From Coleofasciculus sp. B1-GNL1-01 (lineage in GTDB: Bacteria > Cyanobacteriota > Cyanobacteriia > Cyanobacteriales > Coleofasciculaceae): DNA of 64,000 nt. How positions within the stretch are numbered: position 1 is the first letter of the stretch; every line of letters starts with the position of its first letter. Under the pieces are notes generated by a model. It was given only the letters and a program-made list of their open reading frames with translations. It was not told the origin of the DNA and ran no database searches. Where the stretch lies: NCBI GenBank assembly GCA_040220235.1, contig JAVJTO010000051.1. One strand, 5' to 3'. The position numbers were made by a program, and so were the translations under genes. Shown one piece after another: positions 1 through 9,098 of this stretch.

Positions 1-575
1 GAAGCGGACTCTGAAGGAAGAGACCGCCCGGATGAAACAGGTAAGGACTGAGTAGTTCCTGCTGTATCATAAGCATTATAAGAGGTTGAGCCATTTTGCC
101 CCTTGAACTGCTGCATTAAACTCGCCATTTCTAAGGCACTCATGGCATATTCCCAACCCTTATTACTCTTAATTCCTGCCCGTTCCAAGGCTTGCTGCAT
201 CGTATCAGCCGTTAGAATTCCAAAGACTACAGGAATTCCAGTTTGAAAGCTAGCGGCGGCAATGCCCTTAGAGACTTCAGCCGCCACATAATCAAAATGG
301 GGGGTTTGACCGCGAATGACAGCGCCCAAGCAAATCACCGCATCATAGCGGTGGCTAAGGGCAGCTTGACGAGCCATGAGAGGGACTTCAAAACTACCTG
401 GCACCCAAATATAATCAACTTGGGAGCCATGAGGATTGGGATCAACACCGTGGCGTTTCAGGCAATCTTGACACCCGGCTAATAGCTTCTCTGTCACGAG
501 ATCATTAAATCGACCGATGATAATTGCCAAGCGCAGGGAGCTGGCTGATGTAAAATTTCCCTCAAAAACTGCCAT
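1..575 (-). CDS. ribH: 6,7-dimethyl-8-ribityllumazine synthase (3' end runs off the window)
   Basis: Manual translation from ATG at 575: [45 protein letters not shown]...WVPGSFEVP...; no stop before position 1; lies downstream of psbZ, as is usual in cyanobacteria. Confidence 0.93.
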   Translation of the reverse strand, partial: MAVFEGNFTSASSLRLAIIIGRFNDLVTEKLLAGCQDCLKRHGVDPNPHGSQVDYIWVPGSFEVPLMARQAALSHRYDAVICLGAVIRGQTPHFDYVAAEVSKGIAAASFQTGIPVVFGILTADTMQQALERAGIKSNKGWEYAMSALEMASLMQQFKGQNGSTSYNAYDTAGTTQSLPVSSGRSLPSESA

Positions 576-628
576 GGCTATCTTTCTTTGCCCTCTTGCG
601 TCATGAGCATCTGTCTGTTGGTGAAGAA

Positions 629-660
629 GCCCCGTCTGAATTTAATCATTCAGGCGGGGA
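629..660 (-). terminator. Stem-loop between psbZ and ribH
   Basis: Inverted repeat CCCCGTCTGAAT-N6-ATTCAGGCGGGG just after the psbZ stop. Confidence 0.45.
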
Positions 661-665
661 GAAAG

Positions 666-857
666 TCAGGCTACCACAAAATAGTTCAGGACGCCAACCA
701 CAATGACCAGAGCCAGCCAAAGCCCTGAACCTATCCAAATCAAATTTTTTGATTGCTCCCAGTTTTGGGGGGTAGCATAGGCGACGGGAACGCCCACCAC
801 CATGACGAATGACAAAATTACCAAAGCTGCCAGTGATATTTGAAATAAGATAGACAT
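666..857 (-). CDS. psbZ: Photosystem II reaction centre protein Z
   Basis: 63 aa with two hydrophobic helices and [22 protein letters not shown], typical of PsbZ. Confidence 0.95.
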   Translation of the reverse strand: MSILFQISLAALVILSFVMVVGVPVAYATPQNWEQSKNLIWIGSGLWLALVIVVGVLNYFVVA

Positions 858-958
858 TTCCTGTTGTGCCTTTCAAGACGTTAAATCCTTCTGATTGTAA
901 GCTACCAAAAATTGACCCGCTTTTTTGAAAAAACTGAAAATCAACAACAAAGTAGATG

Positions 959-1259
959 GCAGATGAGGAAGATGAGGGAGATGGGGAAGCAGGGGGAGCA
1001 GAGGGAGCAGAGGGAGCAGAGGGAGCAGAGGGAGCAGGGGGAGCAGGGGGAGCAGGGGGAGCAGGGGGAGCAGGGGAAGCAGGGGAAGCAGGGGGAGCAG
1101 GGGAAGCAGGGGGAGCAGGGGAAGCAGGGGAAGCAGGGGGAGCAGGGGGAGCAGAGGGAGCAAACAAATGGCGAATGACAAATGACAAATGACGAATGAC
1201 AAATGACAAATGACAAATGACAAATGACAAATGACAAATGACAAATGACAAATGACAAA
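959..1259. repeat. Tandem 9-mer array (GGGGAGCAG/GGGAAGCAG) followed by 7-mer STRR array (CAAATGA)n
   Basis: Directly visible; the 7-mer array ends just before the ATG at 1262. Confidence 0.95.
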
Positions 1260-1261
1260 CC

Positions 1262-4048
1262 ATGGACTTAATCTTGTGTCACACGATTAGCGACTTTGAT
1301 GCCCTCGGAGCGGCTGTTGGGCTGACGCGCCTGAAAACAGGAGCGAAACTTGTCCTAACAGGCGGCGCTCACCCGGCGGTTCGGGATTTTTTGGCACTGC
1401 ATCGGGATGAGTATGCTTTGATTGAACGACGTTCGGTTAAAGTAGATCAAATTCATTCCCTCGTCGTGGTGGATACCCAAAAGCGCGATCGCTTAGGGAA
1501 AGCCGCTCAATGGTTCGACTTGCCTCATCTTACTGCCATTGAACTTTACGACCATCACGGCGACACTCATTGTGATATTCCTGCTACATTCCGACAGGTT
1601 GAACCTGTAGGTGCCACCACAACGCTCATCGTCGAGCAATTACAACAAACCTCAATCCAATTAACCACCGCCGAAGCCACGGTGATGGCACTCGGTATCC
1701 ATGTGGATACAGGTTCCTTAACCTTTGACCAAACCACCCCACGGGATGCCATGGCTCTGGCTTGGGTAATGGCACAAGGGGCAAATATCCGCCAGATTGC
1801 TGACTATGTTGATCCAGGACTTTCGCCCCAGTTGCAACAACTGCTCACCACAGCCCTAGAGCAGTTAAAATCTGAAAATTATCAAGGTAATACCCTGTCC
1901 TGGGTGTTCCTGAAAACTCAAGACTATGTACCGGGACTCTCAAGTTTAGCCTCACGATTAGTTGATCTGACTGAAAGCGACGCCCTATTGCTGGCGGCAG
2001 AATATGGGGAAGATGGGGGAGATGGGGGAGATGGGGGAGATGGGGGAGATGGGGAAGATGGGGGAGATGGGGGAGAATCCAACCATCAACAATCAAAATC
2101 ATCCCGTCTCACGATAATAGGGCGATCGCGGATTCCTGGCACGAATTTAAATGCGCTCTTACAACCCCTAGGTGGAGGGGGGCATTCTCAAGCCGCCGCC
2201 GTCACCCTACGCCATGAAAATCCCCCAGAGGTTTTGCCCCAACTCGTTGATCAATTCAAGGAGCAAATTCCCCAACCCCTAAGCGCCCTGGAGTTAATGT
2301 CCTCCCCGGTGCGAACTATTCGCCCCGATACCACCGTTGGCGAAGCACAGCGGATTTTGCTGCGTTATGGGCATTCTGGACTGTCTGTGGTTGATGAACA
2401 TGACCAGTTAATTGGGATTATTTCACGGCGAGATATTGATCTGGCGCTGCATCACGGTTTAGGTCATGCTCCAGTTAAAGGGTATATGACCCGAAACCTG
2501 AAAACCATTACCCCCCAAACCTCACTGCCAGAAATTGAGTCGCTGATGGTGACTTATGATATTGGACGCTTACCCGTGTTAGAGAATGGGCAGTTAGTCG
2601 GGATTGTCACTCGTACTGATGTCCTGCGACAAGTACGCCAAGATCAAGAGCGCTGGGGAGAGACTTGCCCCATCCCGATGACCTATCCCTCATCCCGCCT
2701 GTTAAATATGCGGGAACGCCTTGCTCCTGCCCTGTGGCAATTGCTCACTCAAGCCGCCCAGGAAGCCCAGGAACGGGGTTGGCATCTCTATTTAGTGGGG
2801 GGAGCCGTTCGTGACGTATTGCTGGCGGATGAGAGCCAACCTTTGCTCCTAGAAGACGTAGATTTGGTGGTTGATGGGTTTCATCGGGCGGCTGATGTGG
2901 GCGCAGGAGTAACCTTGGCGAAAGCCTTGCGAGAACGGTATCCGAATGCTCGCTTAGAGGTTCATGGGGCGTTTCAAACGGCAGCATTACTGTGGCATAA
3001 TGACCCGGTGTTGGATTCCTTGTGGATTGATATTGCCACGGCTCGGACTGAGTTTTATCCCTATCCAGCGGCGAATCCGGAAGTGGAAGCCAGTTCTATT
3101 CGCCAGGATCTCTATCGGCGAGATTTTACGATTAACGCTATGGCAGCCCGACTGACGGGGAGGCGAGGTGAGGCGTTGCCCCTACTGGATTTTTTTGGTG
3201 GGATGTTGGATTTGCGATCGCGTCAAATTCGCGTCTTGCATGCCAATAGTTTTATCGAAGATCCCACTCGCATTTATCGAGCCGTTCGGTTTGCCGTGCG
3301 CTTAGGCTTTGAACTGGAACCCCAAACCCAAGACTATATCCAGTATGCGTTAGAGAGTGGCGTTTATGAGCGATCGCTAGGAGCAAAGACGCGAGCGCCT
3401 GCCCTAGAAACCCGCTTGAAAGCCGAATTAAAGTACATCCTAGAAGCCCCCTATTGGCAACGGGCATTCCAACTCATCGGCTCACTCGGAGCATTACGCT
3501 GTCTTCATCCCAGCTTAAAGCTTGACCCATTGTTATGGTGGCGGGTTCGTCTAATTGACCGTTGGTTACGACGCTTTGACCCTGACCAAACCCTCAAACA
3601 TTGGCAGATGCGTCTAGAGGTGTTAATTGCCTATCTAGACCCTCAAGAACGCGGCAAAGTGGCAGAAAATTTACAACTGCCTATTGATAGTATTGAGCGA
3701 CTGCAGCATCTCGGACAAGCCCAAACTGAGGTGGTAGAGTCTCTACCCCAATGTCAGCGTCCCAGTGAAGTCGTTTGGCTGCTACGTCAGTATAAATTAC
3801 CCACATTGGTTTTGATTGCCGTACACAGTTCTAGAGCAATTCGGCGCAAGTTGTGGCACTATTTCACAAACTTGGCAATCGTGCAAGTTCCTCTTAATGG
3901 CAATGATCTCAAAGGTTTGGGGTATAAGCCAGGACCACACTATAAGGAGATATTAGATGCCCTGTTAGCCGCAACTTTGGATGGCGTGATTCAGAATGAG
4001 GCAGATGCCAAAGCATTTTTAGAGCAGCATTATCCTTGCTCTAAGTGA
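1262..4048 (+). CDS. tRNA nucleotidyltransferase (A-adding type) with N-terminal DHH/DHHA1 and CBS domains
   Basis: DHH motifs ([24 protein letters not shown]), CBS pair, class II NTase motifs [42 protein letters not shown]. Confidence 0.9.
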   Translation: MDLILCHTISDFDALGAAVGLTRLKTGAKLVLTGGAHPAVRDFLALHRDEYALIERRSVKVDQIHSLVVVDTQKRDRLGKAAQWFDLPHLTAIELYDHHGDTHCDIPATFRQVEPVGATTTLIVEQLQQTSIQLTTAEATVMALGIHVDTGSLTFDQTTPRDAMALAWVMAQGANIRQIADYVDPGLSPQLQQLLTTALEQLKSENYQGNTLSWVFLKTQDYVPGLSSLASRLVDLTESDALLLAAEYGEDGGDGGDGGDGGDGEDGGDGGESNHQQSKSSRLTIIGRSRIPGTNLNALLQPLGGGGHSQAAAVTLRHENPPEVLPQLVDQFKEQIPQPLSALELMSSPVRTIRPDTTVGEAQRILLRYGHSGLSVVDEHDQLIGIISRRDIDLALHHGLGHAPVKGYMTRNLKTITPQTSLPEIESLMVTYDIGRLPVLENGQLVGIVTRTDVLRQVRQDQERWGETCPIPMTYPSSRLLNMRERLAPALWQLLTQAAQEAQERGWHLYLVGGAVRDVLLADESQPLLLEDVDLVVDGFHRAADVGAGVTLAKALRERYPNARLEVHGAFQTAALLWHNDPVLDSLWIDIATARTEFYPYPAANPEVEASSIRQDLYRRDFTINAMAARLTGRRGEALPLLDFFGGMLDLRSRQIRVLHANSFIEDPTRIYRAVRFAVRLGFELEPQTQDYIQYALESGVYERSLGAKTRAPALETRLKAELKYILEAPYWQRAFQLIGSLGALRCLHPSLKLDPLLWWRVRLIDRWLRRFDPDQTLKHWQMRLEVLIAYLDPQERGKVAENLQLPIDSIERLQHLGQAQTEVVESLPQCQRPSEVVWLLRQYKLPTLVLIAVHSSRAIRRKLWHYFTNLAIVQVPLNGNDLKGLGYKPGPHYKEILDALLAATLDGVIQNEADAKAFLEQHYPCSK
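2004..2076 (+). repeat. In-frame 9-mer array (GATGGGGGA)n inside the nucleotidyltransferase gene
   Basis: Encodes [21 protein letters not shown]; same repeat family as the intergenic arrays. Confidence 0.9.
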
Positions 4049-4208
4049 GTTTTGACTCTTGACTTGGCACAATTTGGATATAGTTGGTAAAAGTATAGTC
4101 AAATATAGACAGACTGAATTTCATTGCAGAAATTCCCTTCGCTTTTACTTTGAGAGATTAATTCTCCTGGGGTGAACTACGCACCTCTCTATCCCATAGC
4201 GGTTAAAC

Positions 4209-5384
4209 TTATGGGAATGCTTTTCGTAAAATATTGTAGGAACCGATGACATCAGATTGAACGAGAACCCCCTGCTCTGTACGATATAAACCTCGTTTAA
4301 TTCTTTTTCCACTAAAAACGGGTTTTTCAGTAGAGACGCGCCATGGCGCGTCTCTACCATAAACGGGGAGAGGATCTAAATTCAAAAAATTAGAAGCTGA
4401 GGTATAGGATTCTTCTTGAAGAATCACCGATATTCCTAGTAATTGACATTTGTAAATAATCATGTCAATTAATCGAGCATGAGGAACGGTCACAAATTTT
4501 TGATTGTTGACTTTTCCTAAGTTCACTTCTTGTTTCCAACCGTCATTTTTCCCAATAACTAAAGTCGTGATATTTTGGTCAACTAAAAGATTGACTAAAT
4601 AACGACTAGCTCGATGAAGATAATTATCTATCTTCTGATTACGGCAACGGGTTAAACGACGGATTCTTTGGGAACTTTTGTGATTGCCTTTTAACAGAGA
4701 TTGTAACTTCGCTCGACGCTGGTTATAAAATTGATTTAGGCTTTTTAACGGTCTGCCATTAATCAACAAAGGAGTAAAATCCGGTTGATTTGAAGTTACA
4801 GCCATTAAATTATCTATACCTAAATCTATTGCTGCTATCTTTTCATTGGGGGTTAATAACTGTTCTTTTTCTTCATAAATTACCTCGATTACATAACAAT
4901 CACATTTCGGAATGATTCTTACTTCTGCTATACGGTTAGCCACTTGACTGGTCAACTCAATATTAGTTCCTGATAGCTTGACTAATCCTTTTCTTCTGGC
5001 TACTTGACTTATCGCTTGAATTGTATAAATTAGCAGATTTCGTCCTTTTTTGGTATCTTTATAGCCAGGGATTTTCGGTCTGCCTATAAATTTATCGGGA
5101 TGCTTTTTAAATTCGGAGGTCGCGGCGAAAAATGATTTCCAGTTCCGATCTAATCCTCTTAAAACTTGCTGTGATACTTTAGCTGGTAAGGCTTTATATT
5201 GTTCGGTCTCTTTCATTAAGGAAGCCATCTGATTATAAGTCAAATACCCATGACCATAAATCCAGTTTTGACGGATGAGATAATTGGCTGAGTTGTAAAG
5301 ATTTTTAGACTGCCAAGACAAGCGATCTATCGACCTCCAAAAACGATGCCCCTTTTTAATTATATGTCTTTGAGCTAGTCGCAT
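4209..5384 (-). CDS. tnpB: RNA-guided endonuclease TnpB (IS607-associated type); C-terminal tail lost by frameshift
   Basis: Start MRLAQRHIIK at 5384; SKNLYNSANY, AIDLGIDNL, LVIGKNDGWKQ, QEESYTS, SDVIGSYNILRK; the usual tail FNRYGIERCVVHPRRINLSK continues in another frame to 4145. Confidence 0.88.
   Translation of the reverse strand: MRLAQRHIIKKGHRFWRSIDRLSWQSKNLYNSANYLIRQNWIYGHGYLTYNQMASLMKETEQYKALPAKVSQQVLRGLDRNWKSFFAATSEFKKHPDKFIGRPKIPGYKDTKKGRNLLIYTIQAISQVARRKGLVKLSGTNIELTSQVANRIAEVRIIPKCDCYVIEVIYEEKEQLLTPNEKIAAIDLGIDNLMAVTSNQPDFTPLLINGRPLKSLNQFYNQRRAKLQSLLKGNHKSSQRIRRLTRCRNQKIDNYLHRASRYLVNLLVDQNITTLVIGKNDGWKQEVNLGKVNNQKFVTVPHARLIDMIIYKCQLLGISVILQEESYTSASNFLNLDPLPVYGRDAPWRVSTEKPVFSGKRIKRGLYRTEQGVLVQSDVIGSYNILRKAFP
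4330..4357. repeat. Perfect 28-bp REP-like palindrome GTAGAGACGCGCCATGGCGCGTCTCTAC inside tnpB
   Basis: Perfect inverted repeat; related copies at 20149-20176 and 35681-35708, partial copies near 34972 and 37317. Confidence 0.9.
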
Positions 5385-5545
5385 TATTGTCCGTGAGATT
5401 TTAATTCGGCTATAATCTTTTCGGTTTTTCGTTTCGACCTTCTTAAATTGATGACCTGTCAAATTTCCTTGTTTCCACCACATAAAGGCAGTTCGATAAC
5501 TGATTCCTGCTTTTTTGGTATAGATAGTCGGAGAGAGAGTTTCAT
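5384..5545 (-). pseudogene. tnpA: IS607 TnpA serine recombinase remnant (frameshifts plus large internal deletion)
   Basis: N-terminus MKLS..DY.KKAGISYRTAFMWWKQGNLTGHQ (MerR-like HTH) joined directly to C-terminus LRRSKRKTEKIIAELKSHGQ*. Confidence 0.8.
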
Positions 5546-5600
5546 GTATATATTACCCAACATGACTACATCTGACTATATTCTTATTGAAACTTTACAA

Positions 5601-5858
5601 TACCGTCGTAATCAGGTGCAGGAATACATCGTGTGGCAATTTTATGACCAACGCCTCGATTGGTTTAGATTACGAGATGGTGACTATGTTTCCCTACAAC
5701 CGGATGATGAAGGGATTGTCAGGAGTGAGGTTTTTCCGGGATTGTGGTTAGCTGTACCCGCCTTGTTAGCAGGGGATTTGGCTCAAGTGCTGTCAGTATT
5801 GCAGGAGGGATTGGCGACACCGGAACATGGGGCATTTGTTGAGCAGTTAAGGGAGTAA
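5601..5858 (+). pseudogene. Uma2/DUF820 family endonuclease, C-terminal fragment
   Basis: YRRNQVQEYIVWQFYDQRLDWFRL...IVRSEVFPGLWL...LQEGLATPEH is the typical cyanobacterial Uma2 C-half; the 5' half is replaced by the IS end. Confidence 0.8.
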
Positions 5859-7645
5859 TAACTGAAAGGATGTCCTCGGTATTTAAGCCGATCATGATGG
5901 GAGTCAGCATTAGCATTAGAAGGAATGTCTAGATCTTTTAGGTGTCGCTTAACACGACGAAGTTGACGTTCCCGTCCTCGATCCAATTGTTTGAGTTGGG
6001 AACAAACGATACGCCGCCCTTTAAGTTCTTTAAAACCAACACACCAACAAAATACTGAAGGTGCGTCTGGTGGAGTTCCGATTTGCTTGCGTCCAACGGA
6101 CATTGAAATAAGTCTCTGATGCAGTCTATAAATAATTTGACCTTTGCTCCTCCGCGTACCAGGAGAATATGATTTTTCAGAAGAATTTGTTGATTTCTGC
6201 TTAGGACAAACGTACTTGAGAATATTGTCAGCTTGTTCAACTTGTTTTTTGAGTTCTTTTTCAACTGAAGAAGGGCGGATTCTAATTAATCCATCATAGC
6301 GGAGTTGGTATCCGAGAAAGGAAACCCAAGGAACAGCAGCCGCATTGTCTTTAGCTGCCCATTTGTAGGGAGACTTAGATTTTTTATCCCAAAAGCCCTT
6401 GTTGTACTTCTCAACCTGCCAGGGATCATGAGGCAGTAAGTTAAGTGAACTCAGTGCTGTTCTATATTGCTCAAAAGCACTATGACACTTTGCTTTATCC
6501 GGATGAACAATAATCATGTCATCACAGTACCTAGCATAAAATAAATCTGGATCGGGTTTTTCTGGATCTTGGAGTACCTGCCGATCTGCTTGATCGAGCA
6601 GTAAGTTAACAACTAAGCATGAAAGCGCACTTCCTTGGGGTATACCGATATATTCATTTGATGGATTATTATAGAATTGTTTTAATTCATCTTCGGGCCA
6701 TCCTGTATAACCTTCAGGATCTTTTTCTTTAAACCATTTATCAGCTTCATTTTGTGCATACCCTGAAAAGGAATATGATTCTAAATATGCATCAAAAATT
6801 TCTCTGGCTCGTTTATCGACTGCTGGTTCACCTGAATTTATCCGCTGTATTGCTAAATTTAGAGTATCTTTAGCTTTTTGATGGTGTACGCAATCAAAGA
6901 ACTTCTGAATATCACATTCAGCAACCCAAAGAATTTGATCATCTCTCTGTTCTCTATACTCGATAATAGCCTTAAAAGCCTCATGATGATTCTTGCCACT
7001 TCTAAAGGCATAGGAACAATCCAAAAAAAATTTGTCAAATATTTTACAAAAATAGCGAGCGCATAATTTATCTATAATTCGATCAACTATATTTTCGTAT
7101 ACAGCAATTATACGATAACTATGCTCATCAGATTTTGGAATTAGTTTTATACAAGGCTTACTCATGGAGTAGGGAGCAAACATTACCCAAAGTAGGCATC
7201 TTGCAAGGGTTTCAGACCCCTTTGAAAGAGCTAATATCCAAAAATTTGATGCTCCCATTTGATATGTAAATCCTAGAGCAGCACTCTTGATTTCGTCAAT
7301 TTTTTTATTAAGATTTTTTAACCATATTTCATTTTTATACTTAGGATTATTACGCACCCGCAACACAGTTTTACTAAGAGCTAACTTGTTGATTTCTATA
7401 CTGCTCTTATTCTTGCGTTCGTGACGATTCGGACGATACCACTGCTTTCGCGGTGGGAATAAATCATGAATTATTTTGTCTGTTTTTGAAAGCTGGTCAA
7501 GCCGATCAGGGTGTATGGGTGGAGGTGCATCTTTTGATATGTTGTAGAGAAATTGTTTGTCATGTCGCTTCTTAGCAAGTGTCACTCGCAGGGTACACAA
7601 CTCACGAATGATATTCTCATCAGAGAAGCATTTTTCTAGGTGCAT
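5783..7645 (-). CDS. Stand-alone reverse transcriptase (group II intron-like/unknown group), about 620 aa from the probable ATG at 7645
   Basis: RT motifs IPK..YRIIA, DRIIDK, CSYAFRSGKNHHEA, WVAECDIQKFFDCVHH, GIPQGSALS, YARYCDDMII, VSFLGY; long N- and C-terminal extensions. Confidence 0.9.
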   Translation of the reverse strand: MHLEKCFSDENIIRELCTLRVTLAKKRHDKQFLYNISKDAPPPIHPDRLDQLSKTDKIIHDLFPPRKQWYRPNRHERKNKSSIEINKLALSKTVLRVRNNPKYKNEIWLKNLNKKIDEIKSAALGFTYQMGASNFWILALSKGSETLARCLLWVMFAPYSMSKPCIKLIPKSDEHSYRIIAVYENIVDRIIDKLCARYFCKIFDKFFLDCSYAFRSGKNHHEAFKAIIEYREQRDDQILWVAECDIQKFFDCVHHQKAKDTLNLAIQRINSGEPAVDKRAREIFDAYLESYSFSGYAQNEADKWFKEKDPEGYTGWPEDELKQFYNNPSNEYIGIPQGSALSCLVVNLLLDQADRQVLQDPEKPDPDLFYARYCDDMIIVHPDKAKCHSAFEQYRTALSSLNLLPHDPWQVEKYNKGFWDKKSKSPYKWAAKDNAAAVPWVSFLGYQLRYDGLIRIRPSSVEKELKKQVEQADNILKYVCPKQKSTNSSEKSYSPGTRRSKGQIIYRLHQRLISMSVGRKQIGTPPDAPSVFCWCVGFKELKGRRIVCSQLKQLDRGRERQLRRVKRHLKDLDIPSNANADSHHDRLKYRGHPFSYYSLNCSTNAPCSGVANPSCNTDST

Positions 7646-7680
7646 CCTGGACTCTACATTTATTTGATGGGAAAAAGAGG

Positions 7681-7862
7681 CGGACGAGTCTAGGGGTGGT
7701 GTGAGCCTCTTTTTTAAGAAGCCCATTCTACTAGAATACACAATCGTGACTTTACAAACCGGACGAATAGTGTACCTAAGTCGGTCTCAAAACTGACTGG
7801 TGCTTCGATTTCACCTTGTAAGAAGGCTACCTCCGCCCATCAGACACCCCGGACTCGTCCGG
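7681..7862 (-). ncRNA. Putative structured RNA upstream of the RT
   Basis: 5' arm CGGACGAGTCCGGGGTG (7861-7845) pairs with 3' arm CACCCCTAGACTCGTCCG (7698-7681) and encloses several hairpins; starts right after a predicted -10 box. Confidence 0.6.
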
Positions 7863-7866
7863 TACT

Positions 7867-7895
7867 AGTCTATTCAAAATATTCTTGGGTTTCAA
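7867..7895 (-). promoter_or_regulatory. Predicted sigma70-type promoter for the ncRNA-RT cassette
   Basis: TTGAAA (7895-7890)-N17-TAGACT (7872-7867); predicted start about 7861 coincides with the 5' stem arm. Confidence 0.55.
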
Positions 7896-7929
7896 CTCAA
7901 CAGTCAAAGTGAGGAAGTTAAAGTTTTGT

Positions 7930-7994
7930 GTAGGGGCGGGTTTCACCATTATCGTGTCTTGCCTCACAACAGATATAACTAAACCCGCCCCAAC
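7930..7994. repeat. REP-like element GTAGGGGCGGGTTT...AAACCCGCCC (probable fbaB terminator)
   Basis: Inverted arms around a variable spacer; family members at 11322, 31759, 36168, 42961, 43042, 48960 and 58004. Confidence 0.85.
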
Positions 7995-8015
7995 CAAGAT
8001 TGATTTAACTCAGGA

Positions 8016-9098
8016 TTAAGCAATGGTCACGTCGCCGGACAAGTAAACATCCTGAATCGTGTGGAACAGCTTAACACCTTCCTCGAAGGGACGCTGAAAT
8101 GTCTTGCGTCCAGAAATCAGTCCACAACCGCCAGCCCGTTTATTAATCACAGCAGTGCGAACAGCTTGGGCAAAATCATTTTTCCCCGATGAACCGCCAG
8201 AATTAATCAAACCTGCACGACCCGCATAACAGTTGAGAACTTGATAACGAGTCAAATCAATGGGGTGATCACTGGTGAGTTCCGTATAAACGCGATCATC
8301 TGTTCTGCCATATTTTTCGCCCGTAGCTTTAGCCACCGCACCATAGCCATTATTGCATTCAGGCTGCTTCTGCTTAATAATATCGGCTTCAATGGTAACA
8401 CCCAGATGATTGGCTTGACCCGTGAGGTCAGCCGAAAGATGATAATCTTTATCTTGCTTAAAAACGCTATGGCGTAAATAGCACCACAAGATTGTTGCCA
8501 TCCCTAACTCATGAGCGCGAGCAAATGCTTTACTCACTTCCTCGATTTGGCGGCTCGATTCCTCAGACCCAAAGTAAATCGTCGCCCCCACAGCCACAGC
8601 GCCTAAGTTCCAGGCTTGCTCGACATTGGCGAACATTAGCTGATCATATCGATTCGGATACGTCAGCGTTTCATTGTGGTTCAGTTTAGCAATGAAGGGG
8701 ATACGGTGGGCATACTTGCGAGACACCATGCCCAAAACCCCTAACGTCGTAGCAACCGCATTACAACCGCCTTCCAAGGCAAGTTTGACAATATTTTCCG
8801 GGTCAAAGTAGACCGGGTTCGGGGCAAAAGAGGCGGCGGCGGAATGTTCAATCCCTTGGTCTACGGGTAGGATAGACAGATAACCCGTATTAGCAAGGCG
8901 TCCGCTGGAGTAGATCTGCTGAAGGCTACGCAACACTGGGGCAGGGCGATCGCTATTGGCAAAAATCCGTTCCACCCAGTCTGGACTCGGTAAATGTAAC
9001 AGACGTTTATCCACTTTGGCGTTGTACGTCAATAGATTGTCTGCCTCTTCACCTAACCAAGATTCTATCGATTGAGGTGCTGTTAAAGTAGCCGTCAT
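8016..9098 (-). CDS. fbaB: Class I fructose-bisphosphate aldolase (DhnA/FbaB type)
   Basis: [40 protein letters not shown]. Confidence 0.93.
   Translation of the reverse strand: MTATLTAPQSIESWLGEEADNLLTYNAKVDKRLLHLPSPDWVERIFANSDRPAPVLRSLQQIYSSGRLANTGYLSILPVDQGIEHSAAASFAPNPVYFDPENIVKLALEGGCNAVATTLGVLGMVSRKYAHRIPFIAKLNHNETLTYPNRYDQLMFANVEQAWNLGAVAVGATIYFGSEESSRQIEEVSKAFARAHELGMATILWCYLRHSVFKQDKDYHLSADLTGQANHLGVTIEADIIKQKQPECNNGYGAVAKATGEKYGRTDDRVYTELTSDHPIDLTRYQVLNCYAGRAGLINSGGSSGKNDFAQAVRTAVINKRAGGCGLISGRKTFQRPFEEGVKLFHTIQDVYLSGDVTIA

Larger units (their letters stand above)
4070..5598 (-). mobile_element. Non-autonomous IS607-family element (deleted tnpA plus tnpB); ends approximate
   Basis: tnpA remnant overlaps tnpB through TAATG; TATAGTCA-like motifs are repeated near both ends (4078-4112 and 5562-5582). 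Confidence 0.75.

Noticed and set aside
646..1263. Several overlapping ORFs (LLP, PAS, EQG and CHLSFVI repeats)
   Set aside because: Artefacts of stop-free 9-mer and 7-mer arrays; the same applies to the ORFs at 16583-17000, 21386-21631 and 45922-46159.
5385..5600. N-terminal extensions of ORFs 4209-5483 and 5448-5858
   Set aside because: They are read-through of the tnpA remnant and IS end; tnpB starts at 5384 and Uma2 similarity starts near 5601.
7758..7875. Telomerase-like template idea (GGU...GGU-bounded segment whose tandem copy resembles 7855-7875)
   Set aside because: The terminal repeat is only 3 nt, and part of the match lies in the predicted -10 region outside the transcript; too weak without cDNA data.
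5783..7900. RT as part of a group II intron, DGR, retron or CRISPR adaptation module
   Set aside because: No domain V/VI hairpin after the ORF and too little upstream room for intron domains I-III; PQG rather than the DGR-type motif and no template/variable repeat pair; FLGY rather than the retron VTG; no cas genes or array in the window.
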